A stretch of 41,198 nt of DNA. Source: Candidatus Fermentithermobacillaceae bacterium. Lineage in GTDB: Bacteria; Bacillota; Sulfobacillia; Fermentithermobacillales; Fermentithermobacillaceae. Position numbers and translations under genes: made by a program. Shown piece after piece: positions 1 through 8,418 of this stretch. Position 1 is the first letter of the stretch, and each line of letters opens with the position of its first letter. Under the pieces are notes generated by a model. It was not told the origin of the DNA. It made no database searches and worked only from the letters and a program-made list of their open reading frames with translations. The stretch is from NCBI GenBank assembly GCA_012842105.1, contig DUTL01000055.1:1-41198 (forward strand). Direction: 5' to 3'.

Positions 1-53
1 TATGCCCTCACCTAGCACCCCATGAAAGTGTAGGATAGTAGGAGGTGTGAGGA

Positions 54-977
54 ATGACTTTGCAGGAAATTGCTTTGCCTGGAATAGTGACACTGATTCC
101 TATATTGATTGCCGGAGTGGTTTGGGTCATTACCCTTGCCCTGGCTGTTTCGCGAAAAGATACCCCGGTTGCGCTTGTTCACGGAGGGTTTGGAGTAGTC
201 GTATTTGTGTTATCGGCTTTTCTTCCTGTGGTAGGAATGTTTGGCTCTTTAATACTCATTGTTATATTGCTGACTTCTTACCGGATTGTGCGTGAGTATG
301 CAAGGGGTGTGGCCTTTAGACTGGGGAGAATACGCAGTCTTTTGGAGCCGGGCCTTACCGTAATTATGCCCTTCGGAATAGACCAGATAAGAATCGTCGA
401 CATAAGAACTTTCACCATTGATGTTCCCAAACAAGAAGTTATCACCAAAGACAACGTGCCTGTAATTGTAGATGCGGTAGTATATTTCAACGTGTTTGAC
501 CCGATTTTGGCCGTAACCAAGGTAGCAGATTATGTTGAAAGCACGAGCTTGCTCGGGCAGACTACTCTCAGGTCGATACTCGGGCAGCATGAATTGGACG
601 ATCTCTTGAGCAAGAGAGATGAGCTTAACCAGGTTCTCCGCGAGATACTCGATCTTGCCACTGATCCCTGGGGAATCAAAGTTACCATGGTGGAAGTTAA
701 ATCCATCGAGCTTCCTGATGCCATGAAACGTGCCATGGCGAGGCAGGCTGAGGCCGAAAGGGAGAGGCGCGCCAAGATAATCGCTTCTGAAGGTGAACTT
801 CAAGCTTCGCAGAAACTTGCCGAAGCTGCAGGGGTCATGTCTACCCAGCCTATCTCGGTGCAACTTAGGTTTTTGCAGACGTTGTCTGAGATTGCAACTG
901 AGCAGAATTCTACTATTGTATTTCCCATTCCTATTGAACTTCTGCCGATGTTAGACGGTCGTATGAACAACAAATGA
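54..977 (+). CDS. SPFH/band-7 (stomatin-prohibitin type) membrane protein with an extended hydrophobic N-terminus of about 75 aa
   Basis: The translation carries the stomatin core (VREYARGVAFRLGRI, TKDNVPV, AVVYF) and an Ala/Glu/Arg-rich C-terminal helix (AMARQAEAERERRAKII). A TAGGAGGTG RBS lies about 7 nt upstream of the ATG at 54. Confidence 0.85.
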   Translation: MTLQEIALPGIVTLIPILIAGVVWVITLALAVSRKDTPVALVHGGFGVVVFVLSAFLPVVGMFGSLILIVILLTSYRIVREYARGVAFRLGRIRSLLEPGLTVIMPFGIDQIRIVDIRTFTIDVPKQEVITKDNVPVIVDAVVYFNVFDPILAVTKVADYVESTSLLGQTTLRSILGQHELDDLLSKRDELNQVLREILDLATDPWGIKVTMVEVKSIELPDAMKRAMARQAEAERERRAKIIASEGELQASQKLAEAAGVMSTQPISVQLRFLQTLSEIATEQNSTIVFPIPIELLPMLDGRMNNK

Positions 978-1249
978 AGAATATTGGTGAAACGGATTGG
1001 ATTCTGAGCAAAGGTGTGCCGAACTGTCTGGAGCCGTGCGGAACTGCTGAGCCTGGTATCCGGATTGCTCAGAACTATGGGTAATCGCTTAGCCCTGTGC
1101 CTTGTCTGTGCAAAAACGATTGGTCCAGGAATGATGCCTGTGATAGCAACCGGAACGATAGTGAAGTTGGTGGCGCATAACCTAGTTGGTGGAATGCTGG
1201 GAGTTCTGCTATGTGCCGGATAGGGAGCAAGTTGAGAGGAGGGGCTGAT

Positions 1250-1390
1250 GTGGAGGCAATAGGGTCAATTGCAGGATTGCTCGCTCCAATTGCGTTTATC
1301 TTTGCAATAAGTTCTTACACTCAATTAGGCGCACTGAAGAAAGAGATCAATAGATTGAAGGCCGACGTGGAAAAACTGAAAACCAAATAG
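1250..1390 (+). CDS. Hypothetical 46-aa protein with one TM helix and an amphipathic charged tail (VEAIGSIAGLLAPIAFIFAISSYTQLGALKKEINRLKADVEKLKTK)
   Basis: It falls below the ORF-track length cutoff. A strong AGGAGG (1237-1242) sits 7 nt before the GTG at 1250. The ATG at 1248 gives only 4 codons. A weak hairpin (1425-1447) follows. Confidence 0.4.
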   Translation: MEAIGSIAGLLAPIAFIFAISSYTQLGALKKEINRLKADVEKLKTK

Positions 1391-1563
1391 ATACAACTTC
1401 TTGTGGAAGTCTGTTTTATGTTTTGCGGGGCCTATGATTTACCCCGCTATGTTTACTGTACTATTGTTGTTTGCTTTGCATAAGCTGGGCTTGATATTTT
1501 CTACACGGCTCTGCCCCTTGCTTTGATTTCACAATTTTGCAATGTCTTTGGATATTTCACAAA

Positions 1564-1572
1564 TGTTACAAT
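1564..1572 (+). promoter_or_regulatory. Candidate extended -10 promoter element TGtTACAAT upstream of the repeat gene
   Basis: TG-n-TACAAT lies in an AT-rich spacer about 115 nt upstream of the start at 1687. There is no good -35. ATTTCACAA occurs twice just upstream (1526-1534 and 1554-1562). Confidence 0.35.
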
Positions 1573-1686
1573 AATAGGATGACCTATGTTATGGAAGATG
1601 GTAGAATTCGATTTGAGAGATTGAGTTTTCCAAGCTGCTTTACTGCAGGGTAGCCGAAGGGGTCGTTGGCCGGAAGGAGAAGCATC

Positions 1687-2247
1687 GTGGATAACAAAGA
1701 ATTTGAAAAATTGGTATTGCAGCGATTAGAAACCCTTAGTGAAGGGCTAGGGTCACTTCGTCAGGAGGTGGCCCTGCTTACTGAAGGTCAGGGGTCACTT
1801 CGTCAGGAAGTGGTCCTGCTTACTAAAGGGCAGGGGTCACTTCATCAGGAAGTGGCCATGCTTACTAAAGGGCAGGGGTCACTTCGTCAGGAGGTGGCCA
1901 TGCTTACTGAAGGGCAGGGGTCACTTCGTCAGGAAGTGGTCCTGCTTACTGAAGGGCAGGGGTCACTTCATCAGGAGGTGGCCCTGCTTACTAAAGGGCA
2001 GGGGTCACTTCATCAGGAAGTGGCCATGCTTGGCAAAAGGCAGGAGTCATTATACCAAATTGTGGTAATGATTGAACATGAGCACGGGCAAAAACTGGAT
2101 GCACTCTTTGATGGCTATAGACTGTTGAAGGAAACTCTTGACGATCATACCGAACGACTTGAGCGCATTGAGGCTCAGGTTGCAATTCATGAAGTTAGGA
2201 TAGAGATTCTTGATAAAACCAAGTTGGACAAATCCCAAACCACCTGA
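1687..2247 (+). CDS. Orphan repeat protein: short N-terminus, eight 14-aa repeats (LT[EK]GQGSL[RH]QEV[AV][LM]) and a helical C-terminal tail (LDALFDGYRLLKETLDDHTERLERIEAQVAIHEVRIEIL)
   Basis: The frame is open from 1666. GGAAGGAGA (1672-1680) lies 6-7 nt before the in-frame GTG at 1687, so I prefer that start over the TTG at 1666. The repeats preserve the reading frame exactly. Confidence 0.6.
   Translation: MDNKEFEKLVLQRLETLSEGLGSLRQEVALLTEGQGSLRQEVVLLTKGQGSLHQEVAMLTKGQGSLRQEVAMLTEGQGSLRQEVVLLTEGQGSLHQEVALLTKGQGSLHQEVAMLGKRQESLYQIVVMIEHEHGQKLDALFDGYRLLKETLDDHTERLERIEAQVAIHEVRIEILDKTKLDKSQTT
1735..2070. repeat. Tandem direct repeat, 8 x 42 bp, in frame within the CDS
   Basis: Units start at 1735, 1777, 1819, 1861, 1903, 1945, 1987 and 2029. 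Units 3 and 7 are identical over 42/42 nt. Units 2 and 5 differ at one nt. The first unit is slightly degenerate and the last unit is strongly degenerate. Confidence 0.95.
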
Positions 2248-2259
2248 CTGCTCACGACA

Positions 2260-2268
2260 TGTTACAAT
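2260..2268 (+). promoter_or_regulatory. Second copy of the extended -10-like TGtTACAAT, about 300 nt upstream of the ABC transporter SBP gene
   Basis: It shares the 11-mer ATGTTACAATA (2259-2269) with 1563-1573. It could be the transporter operon promoter with a long leader. Confidence 0.3.
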
Positions 2269-2567
2269 ATCACTGTCCTATAACACATTTTTGGACTAGT
2301 AACTTGATCTATGGCTTCTTTATCCTATAGAATTGACCAACAGCGTTAATTGCTAATTTCCATACATCGCAATGCAGGAAATATTCAATCCCTGTCGAAA
2401 TTGTACGTTCTAAGACGTGTAGGCAGAAAATTATCGAACCAGAGACGGCATTGTGCCGGCTACACGAAAGGGGGTTCGGATGTAATCTTCACAACTTGAA
2501 TGTGCAGTTCTGTCCTATCTACCATTGTTTGCAGTTTTGATTAGAGTAATTGAGGAGGTATACACCA

Positions 2568-4175
2568 TTGAGAAAAGCAGTTTGTTTGATTCTGGTTATT
2601 GCCAGTGTGTTTCTCCTGGCCGGATGCGGGCCCGGTACAGACGATCCCAATGCAAACGGATCGTCAGAGCCTAAAGTTGGCGGTACTCTTGTAATTGGTG
2701 ACGCCTGGAGTGTCGTTACCATGGACCCCGCGCTTTACAATGACGACGGTTCGTGGCACGTAGTCAATAACGTTTTTGATGCCCTTGTAGACCACAACTC
2801 CAAACGGGAAGTTATTCCAAGGCTTGCAGAGTCATGGGACAATCCTGATAACAACACGTGGATATTCCACCTGAGGAAGGATGCCAGATGGCAGGATGGC
2901 AACCAAGTATTTGCCGAAGGTGAAGGGCCGGAAGTTACGGCTGAAGATGTCAAGTACTCGATTGAAAGAATCCTTGATCCTGCAACAAGATCGGGACGTT
3001 TGACCCTTGTGAACTCAGTCGATAAAGTGGAAGTTTTGGATGAGTACACGGTTAAGATAACCACTAAGGAGCCGGATGCTTTTCTCCTCGACAACCTGAC
3101 AGGGGTTTACGTAGTGAATCAGAAAGTGATCGAAACACTCGGTGCTGAGGAGTTTGCCAGAAATCCAATTGGAAGCGGCCCTTTTAAGCTGGAAGAGATG
3201 AAACCCGATGACTACGTTTCCCTTGTCCGCAATGACGACTATTACATCAAGCCGAATTTGGACAAGATAATCATCAAACCCATACCTGATCAAAACGCTA
3301 TGCTGATAGCCTTGGAATCGGGAGACGTGGATGCAGTAGCTCAGATTCCACAAAAAGACGTAGAGAGAATTGAATCAGTTTCCAACCTGAGTGTGATGAA
3401 GCAGTCCACTGCTGCATACCGATACACGGCATTCAACTGTGAAAACGAGCCTACAAGCGATCCAAAGTTCCGCGAAGCCATATCCATGGCTATAGATATG
3501 GACGGCGCCGTCAATGCAATTTTCCCGCCGGGAATGGCTGAAAGAGCTTATGGCCCTGTATGTCCGAACATCTTGGGCTATGACCCGTCACTTGAAAAGT
3601 ACTGGGAGTACAACCCGGAGAAAGCCAAACAACTTCTGGCTGAACTTGGTTGGAAGGACAGTGACGGTGATGGGATTCTTGACAAGGACGGGGAAGAACT
3701 CAATTTGAAAATCTTAGGCCCTCAGGATGCTAACCGCTCCAAACTCTCGGTCATAATTGCCACCAGCCTTAAGGATCTAGGAATAAAAACCGATGTACAG
3801 AACCTTGAGTGGGGCACTCTGCTCACTGAAGTGGATAAGGGCAATTTCGACATGTTCATACTCGGCGGTTACAGCGGGGCAAACGGTATGCTTTTCATGT
3901 TCCACAGCCGCAATAAAGGCCCTAACGGGAACAATGCCTTATATGAGAATGAGCAAGTTGACGAATTGCTTGACCGCGGTATCGCTTTGGTAGATCCTGA
4001 AGAGCGTGAACCCGTTTGGAAGCAGGCTCAGGAGATTATTGTTCAGGACAAGCCTCATATGCCTGCGTATCATGAGTATTTCTTTTTCGCCTACAACAAA
4101 AAGGTGCATGATTACAGCGGGCGTTTTCAGTTTGTCACTACAGAGAATAACGTATGGCTAGGTGAGTCAAAGTAG
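2568..4175 (+). CDS. ABC transporter substrate-binding lipoprotein, family 5 (peptide/nickel, OppA/DppA-like)
   Basis: It has a lipobox (LLAGC) after a signal peptide, and length and motifs typical of SBP_bac_5. GAGGAGG (2552-2558) lies 9 nt before the TTG at 2568. The track ORF opens at 2550. Confidence 0.9.
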   Translation: MRKAVCLILVIASVFLLAGCGPGTDDPNANGSSEPKVGGTLVIGDAWSVVTMDPALYNDDGSWHVVNNVFDALVDHNSKREVIPRLAESWDNPDNNTWIFHLRKDARWQDGNQVFAEGEGPEVTAEDVKYSIERILDPATRSGRLTLVNSVDKVEVLDEYTVKITTKEPDAFLLDNLTGVYVVNQKVIETLGAEEFARNPIGSGPFKLEEMKPDDYVSLVRNDDYYIKPNLDKIIIKPIPDQNAMLIALESGDVDAVAQIPQKDVERIESVSNLSVMKQSTAAYRYTAFNCENEPTSDPKFREAISMAIDMDGAVNAIFPPGMAERAYGPVCPNILGYDPSLEKYWEYNPEKAKQLLAELGWKDSDGDGILDKDGEELNLKILGPQDANRSKLSVIIATSLKDLGIKTDVQNLEWGTLLTEVDKGNFDMFILGGYSGANGMLFMFHSRNKGPNGNNALYENEQVDELLDRGIALVDPEEREPVWKQAQEIIVQDKPHMPAYHEYFFFAYNKKVHDYSGRFQFVTTENNVWLGESK

Positions 4176-4193
4176 CATGATTTGACGCAATTA

Positions 4194-4225
4194 GGGAGGC
4201 GTCTGGTTTCAGCGCCTCCCTTTCT
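4194..4225 (+). terminator. Intercistronic hairpin (partial terminator or stabiliser) between the SBP and permease genes
   Basis: GGGAGGCG (4194-4201) pairs with CGCCTCCC (4213-4220) across an 11-nt loop, followed by TTTCT. Confidence 0.4.
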
Positions 4226-4241
4226 AATAGAGGTGAGTCCG

Positions 4242-5195
4242 ATGTTTAGGTTCATTGTCCGTCGCTTGCTCCAGGCTATACCTACATTGCTAGGCATATC
4301 CATAGTGGTTTTTCTAATGGTACATTTGGCGCCGGGAGATCCTGTATTGATAATGCTGGGCTCCCAGGAGCAAGCGGTTACCCCTGAGCGAATCGCTGAA
4401 TTGAGAGAAGCGTGGGGGTTTAACGACCCTTTGTATGTTCAATACTGGAGATTCTTGAAAGATGCGTTGCGCGGGGATCTTGGCCGTTCGATTTATACAG
4501 GGCAAGATGTGTTTCAGAGCATTGCCCAACGAATACCTGCCACTTTGCTTCTGACCGTATCGTCGCTGATAGTCGCTGTAGCAGTTTCGGTTCCTATCGG
4601 GATCATATCTGCCACCAGGCAGTATTCTGCATGGGACTATATTGGGATGGTAGGAGCGTTACTGGGAGTATCAATGCCCACTTTCTGGTTCGCTTTGCTG
4701 GCCATGTTTCTCTTTTCTCTCAAGCTTGGTTGGCTCCCGGCCACAGGTATGGGCCATCTTGCCAACGGCATTGGCGATGTGATCAAGCATTTAATAATGC
4801 CTTCGCTTACTCTTGGCTTCGGAATGGCAGCCATGACCACCCGTTTGACCCGGTCGAGCATGCTGGATGTCATACGGCAGGACTATATACGAACCGCTAA
4901 GGCCAAGGGCCTTTCAGAAAGAGTCGTAATCTACAGGCATGCACTTAAGAATGCACTGATCCCAATAGTAACCGTGATTGGAACTCAGTTTGGTTCGCTT
5001 CTAGGCGGCGCCGTGGTAACCGAGACGATTTTTGCATGGCCCGGGATGGGGCGGCAGGCTGTTGCTTCAATTACACGCAGAGATCTGCCAATGATTCAGG
5101 GGAATGTACTGTTTATGTGCTTGATATTTGTGCTGGTTAATCTGCTTGTTGACATAAGCTACTCGTGGCTTGATCCCAGGATTCGGTACGATTAG
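4242..5195 (+). CDS. ABC transporter permease (OppB/DppB-like)
   Basis: The N-terminus MFRFIVRRLLQAIPTLLGISIVVF is typical of the family, and the protein is polytopic with an EAA-type loop region. The ATG at 4242 is preceded by AGAGGTGA. Confidence 0.9.
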   Translation: MFRFIVRRLLQAIPTLLGISIVVFLMVHLAPGDPVLIMLGSQEQAVTPERIAELREAWGFNDPLYVQYWRFLKDALRGDLGRSIYTGQDVFQSIAQRIPATLLLTVSSLIVAVAVSVPIGIISATRQYSAWDYIGMVGALLGVSMPTFWFALLAMFLFSLKLGWLPATGMGHLANGIGDVIKHLIMPSLTLGFGMAAMTTRLTRSSMLDVIRQDYIRTAKAKGLSERVVIYRHALKNALIPIVTVIGTQFGSLLGGAVVTETIFAWPGMGRQAVASITRRDLPMIQGNVLFMCLIFVLVNLLVDISYSWLDPRIRYD

Positions 5196-5246
5196 CCTTT
5201 TCGGGCCTAGCATTTGTTGCACTGGTCACGAGGGGAGGTTCTTCAT

Positions 5247-6116
5247 TTGGACAATACATCGCAGCAACAGAAACGTTCTTTGTGGATTGATGTTTGGGCA
5301 CGTTTCAAGAAAAACCGTTTGGCAATGATCGGTTTGTGCGTAATCATATTTCTATATCTTGTGGCGCTTTTTGCGCCGGTTTTGGCGCCTTATCCGTATG
5401 ACAAAATGAATTTGACCAATCTGTATGCGTCTCCCGGGTCGCCCGGCCACATTCTGGGAACCGATGAGTTTGGCAGGGATGTGCTTAGCAGGTTGATCTA
5501 TGGGGCCCGAATCTCTCTTACAGTAGGGTTGGTGGTAGTAGGAATGGCAAGCGCAATCGGTGTTACCCTTGGTGCGCTTGCAGGATACTATGGTGGTTGG
5601 GTCGATTCGCTTATCATGCGTATCGTGGATTTTCTCTATGCTTTTCCTTTCTTTATTCTTGCTATCACCATTGTGGCTATCCTGGGGCCAAGCTTGTACA
5701 ACGCAATGTTTGCCCTCGCTCTGGTGAGCTGGATTGGGTACGCCCGGATGGTGAGAGGGCAGTTCCTGGCATTAAAGCAAAGGGAGTTTGTGGAAGCCGC
5801 GAAGGCAGTGGGAGCCAGTGGCTTTAGAATAATGTTTGTCCACCTTCTGCCCAATGCATTGGGGCCTGTGATAGTGCAAATGTCCCTTGGAGTTGCCGGG
5901 GCGATTCTGTCAGCTTCGGGGCTTAGCTTTTTGGGTTTGGGGGCGCAACCACCTACTGCTGAGTGGGGAGCTATGCTAAATGCCGGAAAAGACTATATTC
6001 GAAGCGCTCCCCATTTAGCAACGTATCCGGGCCTGGCCATCATGATAACAGTTCTTGCATTTAACTTTGTGGGTGATGGCCTTCGCGATGCCCTGGATCC
6101 AAAGCTTAAACAGTAA
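5247..6116 (+). CDS. ABC transporter permease (OppC/DppC-like)
   Basis: It has an OppC-type N-terminal region ([19 protein letters not shown]) and a polytopic body. GAGGGGAGG lies 7 nt before the TTG at 5247. Confidence 0.9.
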   Translation: MDNTSQQQKRSLWIDVWARFKKNRLAMIGLCVIIFLYLVALFAPVLAPYPYDKMNLTNLYASPGSPGHILGTDEFGRDVLSRLIYGARISLTVGLVVVGMASAIGVTLGALAGYYGGWVDSLIMRIVDFLYAFPFFILAITIVAILGPSLYNAMFALALVSWIGYARMVRGQFLALKQREFVEAAKAVGASGFRIMFVHLLPNALGPVIVQMSLGVAGAILSASGLSFLGLGAQPPTAEWGAMLNAGKDYIRSAPHLATYPGLAIMITVLAFNFVGDGLRDALDPKLKQ

Positions 6117-6141
6117 ACTTTGCGTAGAAAGCGGTGGCGAG

Positions 6142-7140
6142 ATGTCGAAACGGATCTTAGAAGTTAATAACCTAACCACCTCGTTTTTTACCGGCGATGG
6201 CGTGGTTACGGCCGTAGATGGTGTAAGTTTTTCGATTGATGAAGGCGAAACCCTGGCAATAGTGGGCGAAAGCGGATGCGGCAAGTCAGTAACCAGCCTT
6301 TCAGTGATGGGCTTGATTCCATGGCCTCCGGGCAAAATTCTGAATGGACAAGTCTTGCTTGACGGGGAGGACCTTCTGTCAAAACCAGAAGAGGAAATGC
6401 AGAAGGTTCGTGGCAACAAAATTTCTATGATATTTCAAGAGCCAATGACGTCATTGAACCCTGTATTGAATGTGGGTTTTCAAATAATGGAGGCCCTCCA
6501 ACTGCACCAGGGCTTATCTGCTGCAGAAGCTCGAGAGCGAGCCATAGAAATGCTCAGGTTGGTAGGCATACCTGAACCGGAACGCAGGATTGATGAATAC
6601 CCCCATCAAATGTCTGGCGGTATGCGGCAGCGCGTGATGATTGGAATGGCCCTGGCTTGTAACCCCAGGCTTTTGATAGCTGATGAGCCTACAACAGCCC
6701 TGGATGTTACCATCCAAGCTCAGATTTTGGACCTGATGCACAGGCTTCAGAGGGAAATGGGAACGGCAATCCTTCTGATTACTCACGATATGGGCGTGGT
6801 TGCGGAAATGGCTGAGCGGGTAATTGTTATGTATGCAGGCCGCTTCGTAGAAGAGGGTGGTGTCGAATCCATATTTGATGCCCCGCTGCATCCTTACACA
6901 GCAGGGCTTCTGAATTCAATTCCCCGGGTTGATGTATCCACAAAGCGGCTTCACGTCATTCCCGGTACTGTGCCAAGCCCTTCTGAACTGCCCTCAGGCT
7001 GTAGATTTCATCCCCGTTGTGCTCAAGCCAGACAACGGTGCAAAAACGAAGAACCGCCACTTTTTGACATTGGGCAGAAGAGAAAAGTCCGTTGCTGGTT
7101 GTGTACCGAAAGAGCAAGTGCAGAGGAGGGTGTATTATGA
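6142..7140 (+). CDS. ABC transporter ATP-binding protein (OppD/DppD-like) with a Cys-rich C-terminal extension
   Basis: Walker A GESGCGKS, signature SGGMRQR and Walker [13 protein letters not shown] are present. The C-terminal oligopeptide-type domain contains 5 Cys. Confidence 0.9.
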   Translation: MSKRILEVNNLTTSFFTGDGVVTAVDGVSFSIDEGETLAIVGESGCGKSVTSLSVMGLIPWPPGKILNGQVLLDGEDLLSKPEEEMQKVRGNKISMIFQEPMTSLNPVLNVGFQIMEALQLHQGLSAAEARERAIEMLRLVGIPEPERRIDEYPHQMSGGMRQRVMIGMALACNPRLLIADEPTTALDVTIQAQILDLMHRLQREMGTAILLITHDMGVVAEMAERVIVMYAGRFVEEGGVESIFDAPLHPYTAGLLNSIPRVDVSTKRLHVIPGTVPSPSELPSGCRFHPRCAQARQRCKNEEPPLFDIGQKRKVRCWLCTERASAEEGVL

Positions 7141-8138
7141 GTGCTTCACATGTCAAAGAACAGTCAAATTCCGAAGTTTTGCTTGAGGTTCGCAACCTCA
7201 AAACATATTTTCCGCTCAAACGAGGTTTGTTGGGAAAGCAGAAAGGTTTTGTCAAAGCAGTCGACGGCGTATCGTTTTCGGTCAAACGGGGAGAGACTTT
7301 GGGTTTGGTTGGCGAGTCGGGTTGTGGCAAGACCACAACAGGGAAGAGTATTCTCAGGCTCATAGAGCCTACGGCCGGTGAAGTAATATTTGACGGGCAA
7401 GATCTTATGGCCCTAAATGAGCAGGGTATGCGCAAGATGCGCAGAGAAATGCAGCTGATCTACCAAGACCCTTATTCTTCGCTTAATCCAAGGCTGACTG
7501 TGGGCGAGATTGTAGGCGAGCCTCTTTTGGTACACAGGATACTCGACAGGCAAGCAAGGGGGAAAAGGGTAAGGGAACTTCTTGATGTGGTGGGTTTGTC
7601 ACAAGAGCATGTTTACAGGTATCCCCATGAGTTTTCAGGAGGGCAGAGGCAGAGAATTGGAATTGCCAGAGCTCTTGCGCTGAATCCCAAGCTGATTGTA
7701 TGCGACGAACCGGTTTCCGCATTGGATGTTTCAATTCAGTCACAGATACTGAACCTTCTTGCCGACCTGCAGGAAGAGTTCCAGCTTACCTATGTTTTCA
7801 TTGCTCATGGATTGGCTGCAGTTAAGCACATTTCTGATCGAGTAGCTGTAATGTATCTTGGCAAAGTAGTGGAACTTGCCGAGAGTAAGGTGATTTATGA
7901 TAGCCCCCTTCATCCGTATACTCAAGCTCTGATTTCCGCAATTCCGGTGCCTAACCCCAGAAGCCGGAAGGAACGCATATTGCTTGAAGGAGATGTACCA
8001 TCACCTGTTAATCCTCCGACTGGTTGCCGGTTTCATACCAGGTGCAGCCGGTGCTTTGACCGCTGCCGCACAGAGGAGCCTCGCCTTGCAAGTAAGGGCG
8101 GCGGCCATTTTGTGGCCTGTCATCTTCATGATGATTAG
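7137..8138 (+). CDS. ABC transporter ATP-binding protein (OppF/DppF-like) with a Cys-rich C-terminal extension
   Basis: Walker [10 protein letters not shown], signature SGGQRQR and Walker [13 protein letters not shown] are present. Its start overlaps the upstream stop as ATGA, and GGAGGG lies upstream. Confidence 0.9.
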   Translation: MSASHVKEQSNSEVLLEVRNLKTYFPLKRGLLGKQKGFVKAVDGVSFSVKRGETLGLVGESGCGKTTTGKSILRLIEPTAGEVIFDGQDLMALNEQGMRKMRREMQLIYQDPYSSLNPRLTVGEIVGEPLLVHRILDRQARGKRVRELLDVVGLSQEHVYRYPHEFSGGQRQRIGIARALALNPKLIVCDEPVSALDVSIQSQILNLLADLQEEFQLTYVFIAHGLAAVKHISDRVAVMYLGKVVELAESKVIYDSPLHPYTQALISAIPVPNPRSRKERILLEGDVPSPVNPPTGCRFHTRCSRCFDRCRTEEPRLASKGGGHFVACHLHDD

Positions 8139-8170
8139 AAGTAGAAAACAAGCAGGTGAATAGCATTCGT

Positions 8171-8200
8171 GCTCCTCTAGGTTCCAGAGGGGCATGTTTT
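8171..8200 (+). terminator. Candidate intrinsic terminator of the ABC transporter operon
   Basis: GCTCCTCT (8171-8178) pairs with AGAGGGGC (8186-8193) with one G-U pair and a 7-nt loop, followed by ATGTTTT. Confidence 0.4.
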
Positions 8201-8418
8201 GCGTGTGGCAAGAAATTATCCTTACTGTACCGTGGCCAGCCGCCAATGGTGCCCTTTAGCCCCAAACTTTGTGTGCGTGCCTAAATTTTTTAGTTTCGGA
8301 AAATTATATCCAAACCACAAGAAACAGCTTGATTTCGCTTGCAACGTATGCTGCTTTTGCCTGTTGCAGGTTAGGGTTTGGCTGGAATTTCCCTGTGTTG
8401 GCCCAAGGCATACTAGAT

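Noticed and set aside
249-863. 204-aa minus-strand ORF antisense to the SPFH gene. Similar long antisense ORFs occur at 22344-22874, 25073-25663 and 32724-33323.
   Set aside because: Each lies entirely inside a plus-strand gene with strong family motifs. They have no RBS and low-complexity Ser/Pro/Arg-rich translations typical of shadow frames.
1014-1223. The 69-aa track ORF starting at the GTG at 1014.
   Set aside because: No RBS precedes the GTG. Only the shorter ATG-initiated version (1077-1223) has any positional logic, and even that is reported only as a candidate in the findings.
1735-2070. The 42-bp repeat array considered as a CRISPR array or as a diversity-generating retroelement target.
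   Set aside because: The units abut with no spacers and keep one reading frame, so this is not a CRISPR array. No reverse transcriptase or template repeat is present, and the variable sites are not adenine-specific, so it is not DGR-like.
2418-2432. CodY-box-like CAGAAAATT half-site upstream of the peptide transporter operon.
   Set aside because: Only one half of the 15-nt palindrome matches. That is too weak to call in an AT-rich spacer.
2471-2483. GGGGTTCGGATG resembling a tRNA T-loop.
   Set aside because: There is no complementary T-stem, acceptor stem or anticodon arm in the flanks.
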